Assembly (NCBI RefSeq): GCF_025526975.1
Contig: NW_026515693.1
Span: 124,001 to 188,000 of the forward strand
Length of the DNA: 64,000 nt
Reading direction: 5' to 3'
DNA from: Fimicolochytrium jonesii
Lineage: Eukaryota
Numbering within the stretch: the stretch's first letter is position 1; each line of letters opens with the position of its first letter. Below the pieces are notes generated by a model. The model saw nothing but the letters and a program-made list of their open reading frames with translations. It made no database searches and was not told where the DNA came from. Shown here piece after piece: positions 9,231 through 22,374 of this stretch. Both the position numbers and the translations under genes were made by a program.

Positions 9231-12200
9231 ATGAAAGTCCCGACCTCCCCTGGGTCTGAAATATTGGCCTCCGCCAACCGCAGGAAGCGAGACGCGAGCC
9301 GTGGGAAGTTGGATATCGCTACTTCAGGCTCTCCTTCGTCCGAGGAAGGGACAGACGGAAAGGAAGCGAGAAGAGGACGCTCGTGGTACCGTCAAACAGG
9401 GGCACAGGGCAGGTCCCCGGAAAAAATCCCAGGTTCTCGTACGGTTTTAGAGAACAGCAGTCGTCGTGCAGACCGCGTCGCAGAGCTCGAAAGGGAAAGA
9501 GCACTCTACAAACACACACAGCTGTCATATACCGCCCCCGCTGAAACTCAAGGGAAAATGGACATACGCACATCATCCAGTAGAGTACGGCCAAAGGGAC
9601 TCTATACCCGCCGCGACTCGTCTCACCACTCGTGGACGAGCATACCCGACACAACGGAGCCTAGAACCCACCATCTAGACACTCGCAAGCTTCGCGAACT
9701 CCTCGATTTAGACCTTAAGAGACAAGAAGCCTTAGATCAACAGCGTCGCCTTACTAACGAGGCGCTAAGTCGCACCCATCGAACGCGGTATGATACAAAT
9801 TCAACACGCAACGTAACCGCTTCCGGAGGACGTATCAAAATCCCGATTTCGAGTCGGCATAATATTTCGGTTGGCTTGGAGGAGACTAATGAAACGGAGG
9901 GTAGGGAGCTTGAGCGGAAGGAGGGAGGCAGGGAGAGGGACAGGGAGAGGGAAGCGGCAAGGAGGAGTGCTACGATGGCCTCTCCGTCGGCATTGGGGAT
10001 TACCAGAAGTACTAGCCGACCGACTGAGGTGAAGGCAAAGTCATCAGGCAGTACCGTGCATGTCGATGTGGAGTTGCGGAAGGAACCAAAGGTTTGGCAC
10101 ATATGTCGCAGCGAGGCATGGCATTGTAGTCCAACTCACCATCTACATTCGAATGTTTGTCTCTAGGTCCGCACGGAGAATGCTCTACTTGATCTCTTGG
10201 AAGGCGAGCGGTCTCGTTACATCCAGCTGGAAGCAGATTACCATAAAGTACGCCTGCATGTACAAGGCTTGTCTGGTCGTCTTGAGATAGCAATAACTAA
10301 CCCTGGATTCAGTTATTAAACGAGGTTCAAGCACTGCAACGCAGTCACCAGCAAGAGCTTTCCGACTACCAGCGGAAAGAAGAAAACCGGATCCGCACTC
10401 TCGAAAAAGCAGCGGCGATCAAGACTGATGAAAACACCACCTTGCAACAGGAGCTAGTCAAATGGCAAAACAAATTCTCCAAAGAATCGATGGTTTGGAA
10501 ATCTGCCAAAGACCGATTCGATGCCAACACCGAAGCGCTTGAACGCGCCTTGCAAGAGAGCGGGCTGAGGGAGTCGAATCAACGGAAGGAAATGGAGGAC
10601 GTCCTAAGGATCAAGAGTGATATCACCAGACGGTTGCAGATGAGGGAAGCGGAAGTCAAGCGACTGGAGGAGGAGCATCGTGTCAAGGATGCTGCTGCGG
10701 ATGAGCAAAGGGTGATGCTGAGCGAGAAGATCAATTTGCTGGAGCAGTCTATGAACCGTAGAGACGATGACGTTCAAAAGCTCAAAAGCGCCATGCATCG
10801 ACAGCAGCGCGATGATCAGAAGGAGATTCGGGCTTTGCGTGAAGCTCTGGAGGAGTCGCAACGAGATCTGAGCGAAATGATCTCAAGGAATAAGCAGTCG
10901 TCAGCAGATTTGGAGGAGAGTGTTTCGACATGCGCCAAGCTTTCTCATCAAATTGGCGAGCTGTCGAACACCCATCGCGAGGATCAGGCCGATATTCGCG
11001 AACTATCGCAAAAGTGTGCAACGCAGTTGGAAGAGCTGGAACGTCTGCTTGCGTCCGAGACTTACTTGAAACGTGAGCTGGCCGCTAGTGAGCACAGGCT
11101 GTCGCAGATGGCCGAGGAGAAGGTTCGGGCTGAGACGCAGCTCGTAAGCTCGCAGCGTACTGCAAACGCGCTCCAGCTGGACCTGGACAAGTGGAGATTG
11201 AAAGCTGAGGATTTGAAGGGTGCGCACGACCAGCTCAAGATCGCGCATGAACGATTGGTGCAGAGCGAGGGATCGCTGAAGAGCGAGAGAAACGACTTGC
11301 TCAGTATTCGAGACCGCCAAACTCGCGACATTGAGGCCGCTGCGTCAGAGCGAAAGCATCTTATCGACAAAATAAGCGAACTGCAGCGTGCCGTGGACAA
11401 GGAGGCTTCCCTGCATGCTGACGTAAAAGCGCAGAGCAAAGAGCGGCTGATGGACTTGGCGGAGAAGTTCCGCTCCCTTCAGAAGAATCTGGATGAGGCG
11501 CAGGTGGAAGTTGACAAATTCCGCGGTGCCGAACGTATTCTTCGCACCGCTCTGAGGGACAAAGAAGATTCCGCTCACAAATACGCGCTCCGGGTCAAGG
11601 AGTTGGAAACCACTGTCCGGAACCAGCAGCATCAGCTGGCACTTGATCACCAGAAAGTGGATGACATAAAGATCCGCAAGAAGGAGGAATTGCTCGCCGT
11701 CAACGACAAATTCTCAGCAGCCAAAAGCGCAATGGATGCGCAAGCTGCGGACCTGCGCACGAGATTGCAGGCGAAGTCGGCGAAGATCGCTGACTTGGAC
11801 AATCATCTTTCCCGAGCCAAAATTGAGCTGTCGGAAGCTACAGCGGAACGACTGCGACTCGAGGCGAGGATTTACGAGTTGACGGTGACCAGCGAATCCA
11901 GGCAACATGAGCTCGTCTCTCTGCAGAGTTCCCTTGCAGAGAAAGAACGAGAGATTGCTTCGTTGCACAGTCAAATGGCATCAGTGCGAGAAAGCGCGGA
12001 GCAATCCCAAAAGCAGCTGAAGGCTCTCAAAGGGGCGGAGATAGAGAAAGTGACAGGCAAGGTCTCTGAGCTGAATAAGAAACTGGCTGCCAAAGTGGAC
12101 GAGTTGCTCCAGAGTGGTGCAAGAAGGGATCACCGTGTAAGTGACCGCTCGGATTCTCCTACCCCAACGACCTCACCACAACAACGGATGTACAAAAAGC

Positions 12201-13081
12201 ATTCTGAGGCTCCGGATATCAAATCCCTTCTTTTCGACTCGCACACTAAGCGCACCCACGTGGATGAGCCTCCCAAAATTACGACCACGTCTCGTAGATG
12301 GTTCGACGAGCCTACTCGGCTCAGGTCGAGCTCGAGGTCAAGGTCGTCTTCGCCAAGTCGTGCACAGCAGCACCGCCGTAGTGGAGATGACATCCGGTCG
12401 GACTCGGTGACGCGCTTGGAAGGGGATGTGGAGAAGATGAATCAGAGGTTGCAGGACCAAGTGAAGGCTCTGCTCGCAAAGAAGAGCGCTGCTGGGAGTA
12501 GCGCTCCTCGTTCTGAGCAACCAGCGCGGAACCAGTCGCATTATGGCGGCGACGCTTCCACGCGAGCTGGTAAGGGCAAATCAACAACCTTCTACGACGA
12601 CGAAACATCACAGAGTCACGAGAATGTACTCTCATCGTCTACCAACGCCTCTTCAGCCGCCGCTGCGTTTCCTACCATCCACATTTCCGCGCCAACGGGA
12701 CCTCTCTTCGCTGGCGCTCGGCATGCCGGTGGTTCCAGCCATCGCGTGAACGACACGACCAGCACGTCCACGTCCGCCTCCTTACCCGCACATCGGCATC
12801 AGCAGCAGCGCCGCCCCGTGGACGGGTCGGGAGACTCGCTAGCGGTCTTCCAATCTGCGTTGGACATCCAGGCGGGCGATGATGGTAACAATGACAGCGA
12901 TGGGAACGTGTTTGATAGGATGGGCAGTTTGAAGGATCTTGGATCCACGTATCATTTTGGGGAGGACGACGGGGATTTTGGAAACACCCATCCCTTGAGT
13001 GCACGAAAGGATGAACAAGAGGGGTTGTTTGCGACTAGTCCGCTAGTGAGGCCCAGCGCGGATGATGGAATGGCTTGGTAA
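9231..13081 (+). CDS. Large coiled-coil protein with disordered termini, function unknown (introns 10092-10166, 10248-10312)
   Basis: In-frame splicing joins the 8931-10166 and 10442-13081 ORFs. The centre is a long E/K/R/L/Q heptad-rich region. Confidence 0.75.
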
Positions 13082-13407
13082 GCTGGAATGCGTTCCAACA
13101 ACATAATTGTGGAACAACCCCATTTTTGGAAGACGACAATTGAGCCATGGTGGCGAATTCTTTTTTGGACGAAAGACTGGAGGACGTGATCAATTTTTTC
13201 TTTTCCTTGAAGCACTCTTCAACAGAGTAGCGCGTGCGATAGATATTATTATATTTTCACATAAATGGGAAGTCTCTGCACTACCTTGCGGTCCCATAAA
13301 TTCCGTTCGTGAGACGGCAGATTCCATGAATAGGTGTGATAATGTCACGAAGCGTTGCGGAAAAGCTGTGCTGTTGTGCTGCTCGGTATACGATGATAGC
13401 CCGCGGC

Positions 13408-14327
13408 CTAAGCGCGGTGGAATAGCTTATCGAACAGCTCGGCGGAATAGAAGTCGCCCCCTCTGTCCACCAAAAATGGCATGCGATGCGCGTTACTCTG
13501 TAGAGTTATCTGTCCCGTCGTGCTTTTCGCAACAGCAGCTGACGCATGTGACGCAGATGAATATATTGACAGGAGAGCACTTTTCGAGGTGAGGATAGGC
13601 CCTTACCTGCAGATTGTATACTCCTCAAGTCTTTACACGGTACCACTACCGCCTGCCTGCCCACCAGATTGCTCGTCTCGATCTTGACGAAACCGTCCTT
13701 CAGAGGTGTGATCCGTCGTACGCGTTTAGCGGACCAGAAATGCACTCCACCGGCGAATAATACGCCGACAGCTAGACAGAATGTGCCAAGCGTTCGTCTT
13801 TGCCAGTCGGGTGCTGGTACGTGCTCTTTGCTGTAAATGTGGAACACTGCGTCAGTATACTTTCAGATATCAGTCATGTCACCCGTTCCCACGCCAGACC
13901 TTCCATCGGCTTTCTCCTTTGAGACGCGCAGATCCCGATAGCACCAATCGGAGACATTCAGCCATAGAAGCGCTTGCCCTGCCGCACAAAAATGTGCAAC
14001 TCGGTACAGATGTTGATCAAGGTTTTCATATATTGGCTCGTAGTCACTTCGTTGCTGCTGCTGTTGTTGTTTCCCACTTTGTTCTTGGTGATCGCCCTGC
14101 GATCGAGATTGTTTCCCGTGCCTGGTGTTGCTACCGAAGCGTCTTGTGGTGCCGAATAAGCGATGGGAACGGTGATGAGGTCGGGATGGCATTCGAGTGA
14201 AGTGAGAACCGTTCGTCACTGGAGACGTGGATATTTTCCGACATTGCGGTGTGAACTGCCGTGGGACGGGGCAATGTAGTGCTGAGGTAGCCCGACCGAA
14301 GCTCAACGCTACGTTTCTTCTGTACAT
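13408..14327 (-). CDS. TMEM223/Mrx15-like mitochondrial inner membrane protein, multi-exon
   Basis: Presequence-like N-terminus and two hydrophobic segments (AGQALLWLNV; GTFCLAVGVLFAGGVHFWSAKRVRRI). C-terminus FLVDRGGDFYSAELFDKLF. Confidence 0.7.
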
Positions 14328-15350
14328 TGTGTAGGAGACCGGCACTGCAAGTGAGGGGAAGGCTGGGTGGCCCTCTTCCGCAATTGTGTTGGGCACTGTT
14401 GGCCTTCGCACATGCATTCCCCTGACGTGAGGTTGATGTCTGAAGTCCTCGACACCTTGTGGCGCCGAAGGTTCATTTACGAATGGCATGCACAGCCACC
14501 AGAATGAATCAAGGGAGTTTGGGTTCGGACTGATTGGCTTTCGGACTGACAAATTGTGAAGCGTTCCCTTCCTGCCTTTCCTCCATTCCCTTCTTGCCTT
14601 TCCTGCCTTCCTTTCCGGACTCGACCCGCTTCTTCATTTCCTCACCATCTGTTTTCAGAACTCAAGCATAGTTCGGGCTCAACTCCTGTGAACTCTCTGC
14701 AAAGGCACGACGGTATCGCCATATCCCACAGTCTCTTTGAAAACAACGCACGTTCCGCATACTCCGCAATCGCTTTATCCGCACACGCAGCAGTCAGTCG
14801 GACTTTCAATTCCTTTTGAACGCTTTCGGTTTACATCAACGGAAGCAGGCGTCTCTCCCCGTAACGCAAGACAAGCCCTCCCTTCTGGTCTTGTAACTTG
14901 TATGAATTGCGTACCTGTGCCGAAATTTTTTATTGCGTTGTACACTTGTCGACAAATTCTTCGCTCATCCATTAGTGAAACAAAGCACCCGAAAGCTACT
15001 CTGATGCCATCGAGCCTCGAAGAACGCTGCGAGTCACCATGATGATAAGAGCCTTATACGAGCTTTGACCAAATCATTCCATCAAGCAATCGCACACTGT
15101 GCGTCGAGAGAAACGACTGACGCCAGCCAGAGCCTACCCCTGCCAGGAGATGAGGAGATTCATCGACTTGTGGCTCTCACCGCTTTCATCATGCTTGAAT
15201 GCTCAGAATTTGCACATTCACACATACTATATGTCCGTACATACTCTTTTCTGCCCATTACGGACTCCGAACAAGCAGCCGTAGTGGAGTGAGCGAGTGG
15301 CTTGCATTGCTTATGTATAATAGTTGTGTGTTGTCAATCGGAGTGTGTAA

Positions 15351-15449
15351 GCACTCGTAGTGTAGTGGTTAACATACCCGCTTCCCATTAGCGCAGAAAT
15401 AGCGTGTTGGAACTAGCGGGTGGCCCGAGTTCAAACCTCGGCGGGTGCA
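15351..15449 (+). tRNA. tRNA-Gly(CCC) with 27-nt intron (15388-15414)
   Basis: Acceptor stem GCACTCG/CGGGTGC, D arm GTGTAGTGGTTAACAT, anticodon stem CCCGC/GCGGG with TT-CCC-A, and T arm CCGAG-TTCAAAC-CTCGG. Confidence 0.92.
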
Positions 15450-15451
15450 CA

Positions 15452-15457
15452 TTTTTT
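15452..15457 (+). terminator. Pol III oligo-T terminator of the tRNA
   Basis: TTTTTT lies 2 nt after the discriminator base. Confidence 0.8.
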
Positions 15458-16428
15458 GCTTGCCGGTGACACGATTACAAGTTCTGTATCAAAAGGCGAC
15501 CCCCGCTTGCATTTTTGTTTTGTTTTGTTGTGGTGTCTCCGGAGTACGCGACGCGTGAGTTGCGAGATGGGGAGAGCTGCGCAGGGCGTTGGGGTGGTTG
15601 TGGAGCTTGTCGGCGTGCTGGTGCCAGGTGAAGTCCGCCGACTCCGACTTTTCGGGGCATTTCTAGTTTGTTTTCTCGTGGTTCCGAGTTTTTAGTGCAG
15701 TCCCCATCAGGGTATATGATCCCGATTCCCGACAGGACAACCAGTATCGTACGGCTGTTCACATCCTCCCATATCATCGTCCAGGATACAATGTAAGAGA
15801 TCCACTTCGCTCAGTTATCATTGCTAGCGGGGGAAGCTGCATGTCGAAGTCTACGCCGCCATTCGTGAACGAGCATCACCTGAAAGGGGCCCATGTGGGA
15901 CAAAGATGTAGCCGGCTGTAACGCAAGATACTCTTGGGGGTGACCAACGAACGAAGTACCACTCCTTTAAGTAGCGACCGAGGGTCTAATGAGGTCCGAA
16001 CATCGAATCACACCAGGCATCACCACCAAGGGCGCTTCGAATTCGATAAGAATCCTCATGGGATTGAGGAAGTGCACACGAACTTCCGGGAAGCCCTCGA
16101 AAATGACAGCAGTTTCGCGATCCTGTCGGTTTATTCGGACACGAACATCTTGTTCACAGCCACCAGCGCGTTGTCCCTTTCCATTCAGGCCTTCCCTTTT
16201 TCCCCACGCAATCAGTTTGCATTTGTCGGAGTACAGCTATACGTATACATATACACAGGAGCTTTACAGCAACGTCGAGAGCACTTCTGGTCTGAGTCAG
16301 TGGCGCCGGCTCATGGAGGTTGTGTGGATACGACGGGAAGGATAGGTCTTCAGTCGAACCCTAGGTGGAAACAGGCTCCGAAGGCGGCTCCTTCAATTCC
16401 CCTCAAATTGCTTAAGGTCGAAGCAGCC

Positions 16429-19400
16429 ATGCCCGAATACAATCTCAAAGGAGTTACGGTCCGCTTTCCGTACGCGGCCTATGACTGCCAGCTGACTCTC
16501 ATGGCCAAGATCATCGAGTCGCTTCAGACATCTGGGAATGCGTTGATACAGTCTCCCACGGGCACGGGCAAAACCATGTGCTTACTGGCGTCGACGCTGG
16601 CGTGGCGAGAAGCGTTCATGGCTAGTCGGCAGCTTGCGTCCGCACTTGATGATGGAGGGAAACCTACGAACGATCCCTTTCGGGCCAACCTGCTATCCCA
16701 GTTGAGCTCTGGTACGTTGTGAGGGGTAGAAGGTCCGATTTGATGCGCGCGCGAATGTACTCACAAAGACTATGTGTCAGCTGTTTCCGGCAGCGAGAGA
16801 ACAGGTTCGTTCGATTTTCATTCTCATGTGCATGTCGGCGAAGTTTATCAACAAACGCTACCCTCCAAGAAAGATATGACGGCGAGCCGCCGAAGATCTA
16901 CTATGTATCACGGACACACAGTCAGGTTGGTGAAAAACCCCTTCGCATGCGCATCATCCTAGTCTGCACTCCCTAACACTGAGCATATAGCTGTCGCAAG
17001 CTGTTGCCGAGCTTCGGAAGTCGGAATACAGGTAATAGGCTGCAGGTTCGCGTCTGGCAACTTTGATTGCTGACGCAACGAGGAATAGGCCAAGGGTTTG
17101 CGTGCTGGGCAGCCGTGAGCAGATGTGCATACATCCAGAAGTGAGCACCGTACCGAATGTCGCGCGAAGCGCGATATGCAAGCAAAAAGTCCAGAAGGTA
17201 AGAATTCTGACGTTGCACTCTCTCATCCGCCGACTTGCGCATCGCTGATCTGCACTTGCACCAGAAAACGTGCGAATATCATCTGAATGTGGAGACCTCA
17301 AAGTTCCAGAGTGAACATGAGATCTTGGACATAGAGGAGATAGTACAGTTCGGACAGGAACACAGGTATGTCTTGATTGCTGATGGAGTTCCCGACGTGG
17401 GTTCTCAAACCCCGGTCTTTCCTAGAGCTTGTCCATACTTCCTCTCCCGGGCGAGCCAGTCACAAGCGGATATCATTTTCTTACCCTACAACTATCTGAT
17501 TGATCAAACATCGCGCAAAAGTCAAAACATCGATGTGAAGAACAGTATCATCATCTTTGACGAAGGTATGTCCCTCAACGGTTCCCCTCTTCTGCACCCG
17601 CCCTGACTGGACTCCATCAGGGCACAATCTGGAAAGCAGTTGTGGAGAAGCGACAAGCTTTGAGCTTACGGAGGGTGACCTCGACGCTTGTATCCTGGAA
17701 GGGCGCCACTGCAAGGACCTAGTGTCATTGCCCGCCGTTGGAGCACGGGACGTTTCCGAAGAGGACTTTCAAATCTTAGTGGGTAGGTCCCAAATTTGTT
17801 GTATTGATTCCGTGGGTCTGGCACTCAAGGAGGTTGCAGATATCATCGTGAAATGTAAGGAGAGAATAGCAAACCTACCATTGACGAAATCAAATCAACT
17901 CGTCTTGCCTGGAGAATACATCTATGATCTCTTTGCATCGATGGATGTGACCTTTGAGACTGTGGGATCGGTCATCAGAGTGATCGAGGCAGCAGTGGCC
18001 CTGATGGCACAAGGTCTGCCTCATCCCAGAAACGTACGCCCCTCGAAGTAGTTAATCTCTGACAAAGTGGTTTTGCAGAGACCAAACGACGGCAAATGAA
18101 AACATCGCTTAACCAGTTCGCCACCGCTTTGAAAGTAGTATTCAGGGACGGCTACGGTTCGCGACAAGGAGATTTGAAGGACATTTGCCGCGAGTATAAG
18201 GTAAGGGGCAATCTTTCGCCTGTGATACGGGTTCTCAGTCAATAACCTCGTTGGCAGGTCTTTGTCCAGGGTGATACGTCGGCGGGCGATGACGATGGGT
18301 TTCAAGGCCGCGGTGCTGCTGGACGAAAGTTGAGCTTTTGGTGCTTCAGCAGCGGTGTTGCCATGAAAGATCTTGTGCAACGCGGATGTCGGTCTATCAT
18401 TCTCGCTTCCGGGACTTTGGTTGGTTCGCGCTACGACTCCAAACCTTTGTCTCATTCCGATTATGCATCTTGACGGGTATCACCACAGAGCCCTCTGGAG
18501 TCTTTTGCTTGCGAGATGGGTATACCTTTTCAAAGTCGGTTAGAGAATCCACACGTTATCGAGCCGGATCAAGTTTTTGTTGGAATTGTTCAATGTGGAC
18601 CTGCTGGTGTTCAAGTGGGTACAAGGAATTCATCCGATTCCGTCTTGAAGTCTTGGCTTACACCTGATAATTTCAGCTCAGCTCATCATACGAGAACCGA
18701 AAGTCACCGGCGTACATTACTGACCTTGGCAACGCCATTGTGAACTTCGTACGGATCGTTCCGGACGGTCTTTTATGCTTTTTCCCGTCATACACGGTAC
18801 TCAAACTCTGTATGGAAGCATGGGAACGGCCCGTAAGTGACCATCATCCACTTCCTCTGATGAATTGCCCATCGTCATTGGCAAGAAGCTTATCTTCTCT
18901 CCGTCTCTGAAGAATCAAGGGGCATCCGTGAGCATCTTGGATAGGATACGAAAGTATAAGCACACCGTGACTGAGCCAAAGGCGAAAGCAGAGTTCGGAC
19001 AGGTATGGATCTGCGGTTTAACTTCAGAACGGCATGCTATAGAGGAGGACTGATCCGAGATCAGACGCTGGAAGAGTTCTACAGGCACTTGAACGATCCA
19101 GATTTGTCTGGCGCGGTCTTTTTTGCCGTCTGTAGAGGGAAGGCTTCCGAAGGTGAGCGCAAATGGTAGTACTTGTCTAGCTTGGCCACTTACACTGAGA
19201 TAAATCTTGCTAGGTCTGGATTTCAGCGATTCCAAAGGCAGAGCGGTCGTAGTGTGTGGGATCCCTTTTCCATCTCACATGGACCCGAAAGTCAAACTGA
19301 AACGGCAGTATCTGGACGAGCAACACGCAGACAAGAAAACCCCACAGGTACACTGATACAAGATCAGTTTGGTCAGAGCAGCTTCTAACCGTCGATTCAA

Positions 19401-20989
19401 CATTTAATCCCAGATCCAAACATTGTCAGGCAGCGACTGGTGTAAGTTTCGCCTCGACTGCGCGCATGTCTTCCCGACCTCGTAGTCTGTCCGTTCACCG
19501 ATCTTTCGCCTCGCACATCTCATCCATGTCTATACCCTTTGGCACCCGCAGACAAACAACAAGCTGCTCGCGCCGTAAATCAAGCTCTAGGCAGAGTGTA
19601 AGAAGGATTTTTGCGTCTGGGGGTCAAAACGCAGGAAGCCTGACCGGCTTTCCTCGTCACCTGCAGAATCAGGCACAAGAATGACTATGGAGCAATCTTA
19701 CTATGCGACTTCCGATTTCGTCAAAACATCAGTCAGCTTCCCGTGTGGGTCCGCCAACATGTTCGCGTGCACAACAATTTTGGAGAGGTTCAAGGACAGC
19801 TCGGTCGTTTCTTCCGGCACATGGATGAGAAGCAGGTACGCTTTCGTGGTTTTGCGGTCGTCGCTCTTCACGCATGCTGATGACGCGCCATTGATTAGGG
19901 GCAAACGAAAGTCATTGCAAAGAAGTCGGCAGACGCCAAGGTGGCAGCTAGGGGGAATGCTGCTGTGATGGAACATAAGGTCTTTCAAAGCATCGTGCAG
20001 ACGAAGACAGGTTTGTAACCTTGTGCCTTGTCACTAGCCCAGCGGGTCGTTAATGACTGCGTCAGCTTATCGCGATATTTTAGTGGTAAGCTTGGAACAC
20101 TCACAGGTGGAAATCAAAACGAAGCGGGCCCGAAGTGCAACAAAAGAAAGTAGCGAGATGTGGCAGCAGTTGAAGGTATTATCCTTTTGTCTTTTTGCCT
20201 TGGAAGCCATATTCACGTTCTGACTCGCTCGCTCTTTAGGGTATCAATTCCCTAACGACGGTGGAGAGGATGGGTGGAGAGTCCGCATCCTCGTCTAAAA
20301 CAACGATGGAAATCACGCGAACAACAGCGTACAAGTCGGTTCCAACATCGCTCATGAGAAGCAGCAGCACCGTCCTACGCAAACCCCTGCATCCACATCT
20401 CAGTGCGAAAGCTAGACAGGCATCCGTGCAGGAAGTGCAGGATGATGATGGTCTCAAGTCCGTGCCCGTGGACGCCCAGAGCGCGCGCAAACGGCCATTG
20501 TCCGCAGACGATGAAGGTCAACCATTCCACAATCAGGCGACAGACTCCATAAGCATTGAAAATCAACAGCCATCTTCATCACGACGGAGCAACACGAAAG
20601 CTTACATCCAGAAGGTATGGTCGAAAATGTTCTCTACTCCAGGCGGAGGGACGAACAGAGTGGGATGCTAAGCACCGGTTCACAGGTTAAGGCTGCCTTA
20701 TCTGTGGCCCACTTTAGCGACTTCCAACATGGCTTGAAGAGCTTCAAGAGTGGAGATATTGACATTTCCAAGCTGGTGGACTCCTTACTCCTCTTGTTCA
20801 AAGGGGATGAAGACCTGATTTGGGTGAGTTCACCGAGATTATTGTGGGGAAGAGCTCTTGGAACAGCTCCACGTCCCCGATGCTGAAGCCAAAATTGCCG
20901 TTTCATAGGGATTGAGTGATTTCATTCCGAGAAAGCACCGCGGGCTTTTTGAGGAGCGCGTTAGAAGACATCAGACGACAGATAGTTGA
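16429..20989 (+). CDS. RTEL1: RTEL1-like XPD-family Fe-S DNA helicase, many exons
   Basis: [63 protein letters not shown] and [19 protein letters not shown]. The C-terminal helical domain (YIQKVKAAL..FIPRKHR) resembles the RTEL1 harmonin-like domain. Confidence 0.85.
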
Positions 20990-21101
20990 ACCGTCAGCGC
21001 TCCGGCTATTCAATTTTTGGATATTTTCAAAATGTATGTATATACGGAATAGATAGAGCATGTGTATATAATAACAGTGATGATGAGCAGGTTTGAGCAC
21101 C

Positions 21102-22091
21102 TCATCTCCCTTGGTATTCCTCCTGCTGCAACTTGTCTCGCATCGTTCTGCCTTCCCTGCTGGCCAAAGCTAGAGCTCCCGCAATCAGCTCGACCCCAGT
21201 CAATGCATCATCGTTGGCGGGAATGGGATATTGTACCCGCCGCGGGTTGCAGTCTGTGTCGCAGAGGGCAATGATGGGAATATTGGCCTGGTTCGCTTCC
21301 CGCACTGCGAAGCCGTTATTCGGGAGATCGAGAATGATTATCAAGTCCGGTGTGTGCACGTAAGGTTGCGAGCTTCGGGCCTTGGCAGCGCGCTCCTCCA
21401 GCTCGGCATCAATTTCCGCCTTGCCGCCGTCCGACACCATCATCGTCTGCGCCACCTTATCCGGATCGTACCCCACACTTCGACGCAACACCCGCTCCTT
21501 GTTCGTGATGGTCCCGCCAACCCAAGCCGTCACAAAGTAAGCGTCCGCCCGCTGTGCCGCGGCCACGGTGATTGCGTGGATCGCTGGCCGAGTTCCCACA
21601 AAAAGGATATTTCCTCCGTTCATGGCCACCTCGCGGGTCACGTTAATGGCCCTGCGTAACATGACCAGCGTATGCTCGAGGTTGATGATATGTATCCCCT
21701 GGCGCTCGCCATAGATGTAAGGCAGCATGTTTTTGTTCCAGACGGCCCGTGCGTGGCCCAGGTGCAGGTTGGCGGCCATGAGTTGCTTGATGGTGAGTGC
21801 GGTGCGGATGTTTTGGGGGAAGTCGGATCGTCGGAGAGCTGAGTCTCGGGCATTCGGTATTAAGTTTCCAAGGAGGCTTTTCGTGCTTGGGGACGTTCGT
21901 ACTGCTGCATTGCTGGTTGTTCGGGATGGTAGAGGAGGTGTGGGTGACGATCTGCCGCCGGAATCAGCGCTTCCGACGACGTCGCTGCTGAAAGCGCACG
22001 CTTGGGGCAGCCGACTACAGCGAGTAGTCGCAGACGGCAAAGTTGAGGTGCAGGCCGCCCTCTTCCAGACGGGTCTTGCTGAGCGAATCAT
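21102..22091 (-). CDS. MRP4: Mitochondrial ribosomal protein uS2m
   Basis: LMAANLHLGH..WNKNMLPYIYGERQGIHIINL, ILFVGTR, WVGGTITN, DTDCNP and YPIPANDD, with a presequence. Confidence 0.92.
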   Translation of the reverse strand: MIRSARPVWKRAACTSTLPSATTRCSRLPQACAFSSDVVGSADSGGRSSPTPPLPSRTTSNAAVRTSPSTKSLLGNLIPNARDSALRRSDFPQNIRTALTIKQLMAANLHLGHARAVWNKNMLPYIYGERQGIHIINLEHTLVMLRRAINVTREVAMNGGNILFVGTRPAIHAITVAAAQRADAYFVTAWVGGTITNKERVLRRSVGYDPDKVAQTMMVSDGGKAEIDAELEERAAKARSSQPYVHTPDLIIILDLPNNGFAVREANQANIPIIALCDTDCNPRRVQYPIPANDDALTGVELIAGALALASREGRTMRDKLQQEEYQGR

Positions 22092-22374
22092 CGTCCTCGC
22101 GGAGCTATGGGGAGCGCAATGTCGAATAGGGAGCAGGTCTTCGAATTCGTCGGGGCTCGCAGAAAGAGGGCTTCGACCTTTCAGCGTTCGAGTCACTCTG
22201 AGTCACCGACGCGGTCAAACGCTGTTCAAAACCTGGTTCAAAACAGCTCAACGGCCATCACGCGCTTTCGTCGTCGGGAAAGCTCAAAACCGCCCATTTC
22301 GGCGCTTTGGGAAAAAGCGGCACACCAGCATCTTCCCGTTTCCAACGCTCCAACGTCGTCGTCTACTCAGTCCC

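Noticed and set aside
15934..16428. N-terminal extension of RTEL1 in ORF track
   Set aside because: It starts at a non-ATG codon. Family homology begins at [15 protein letters not shown] (16429).
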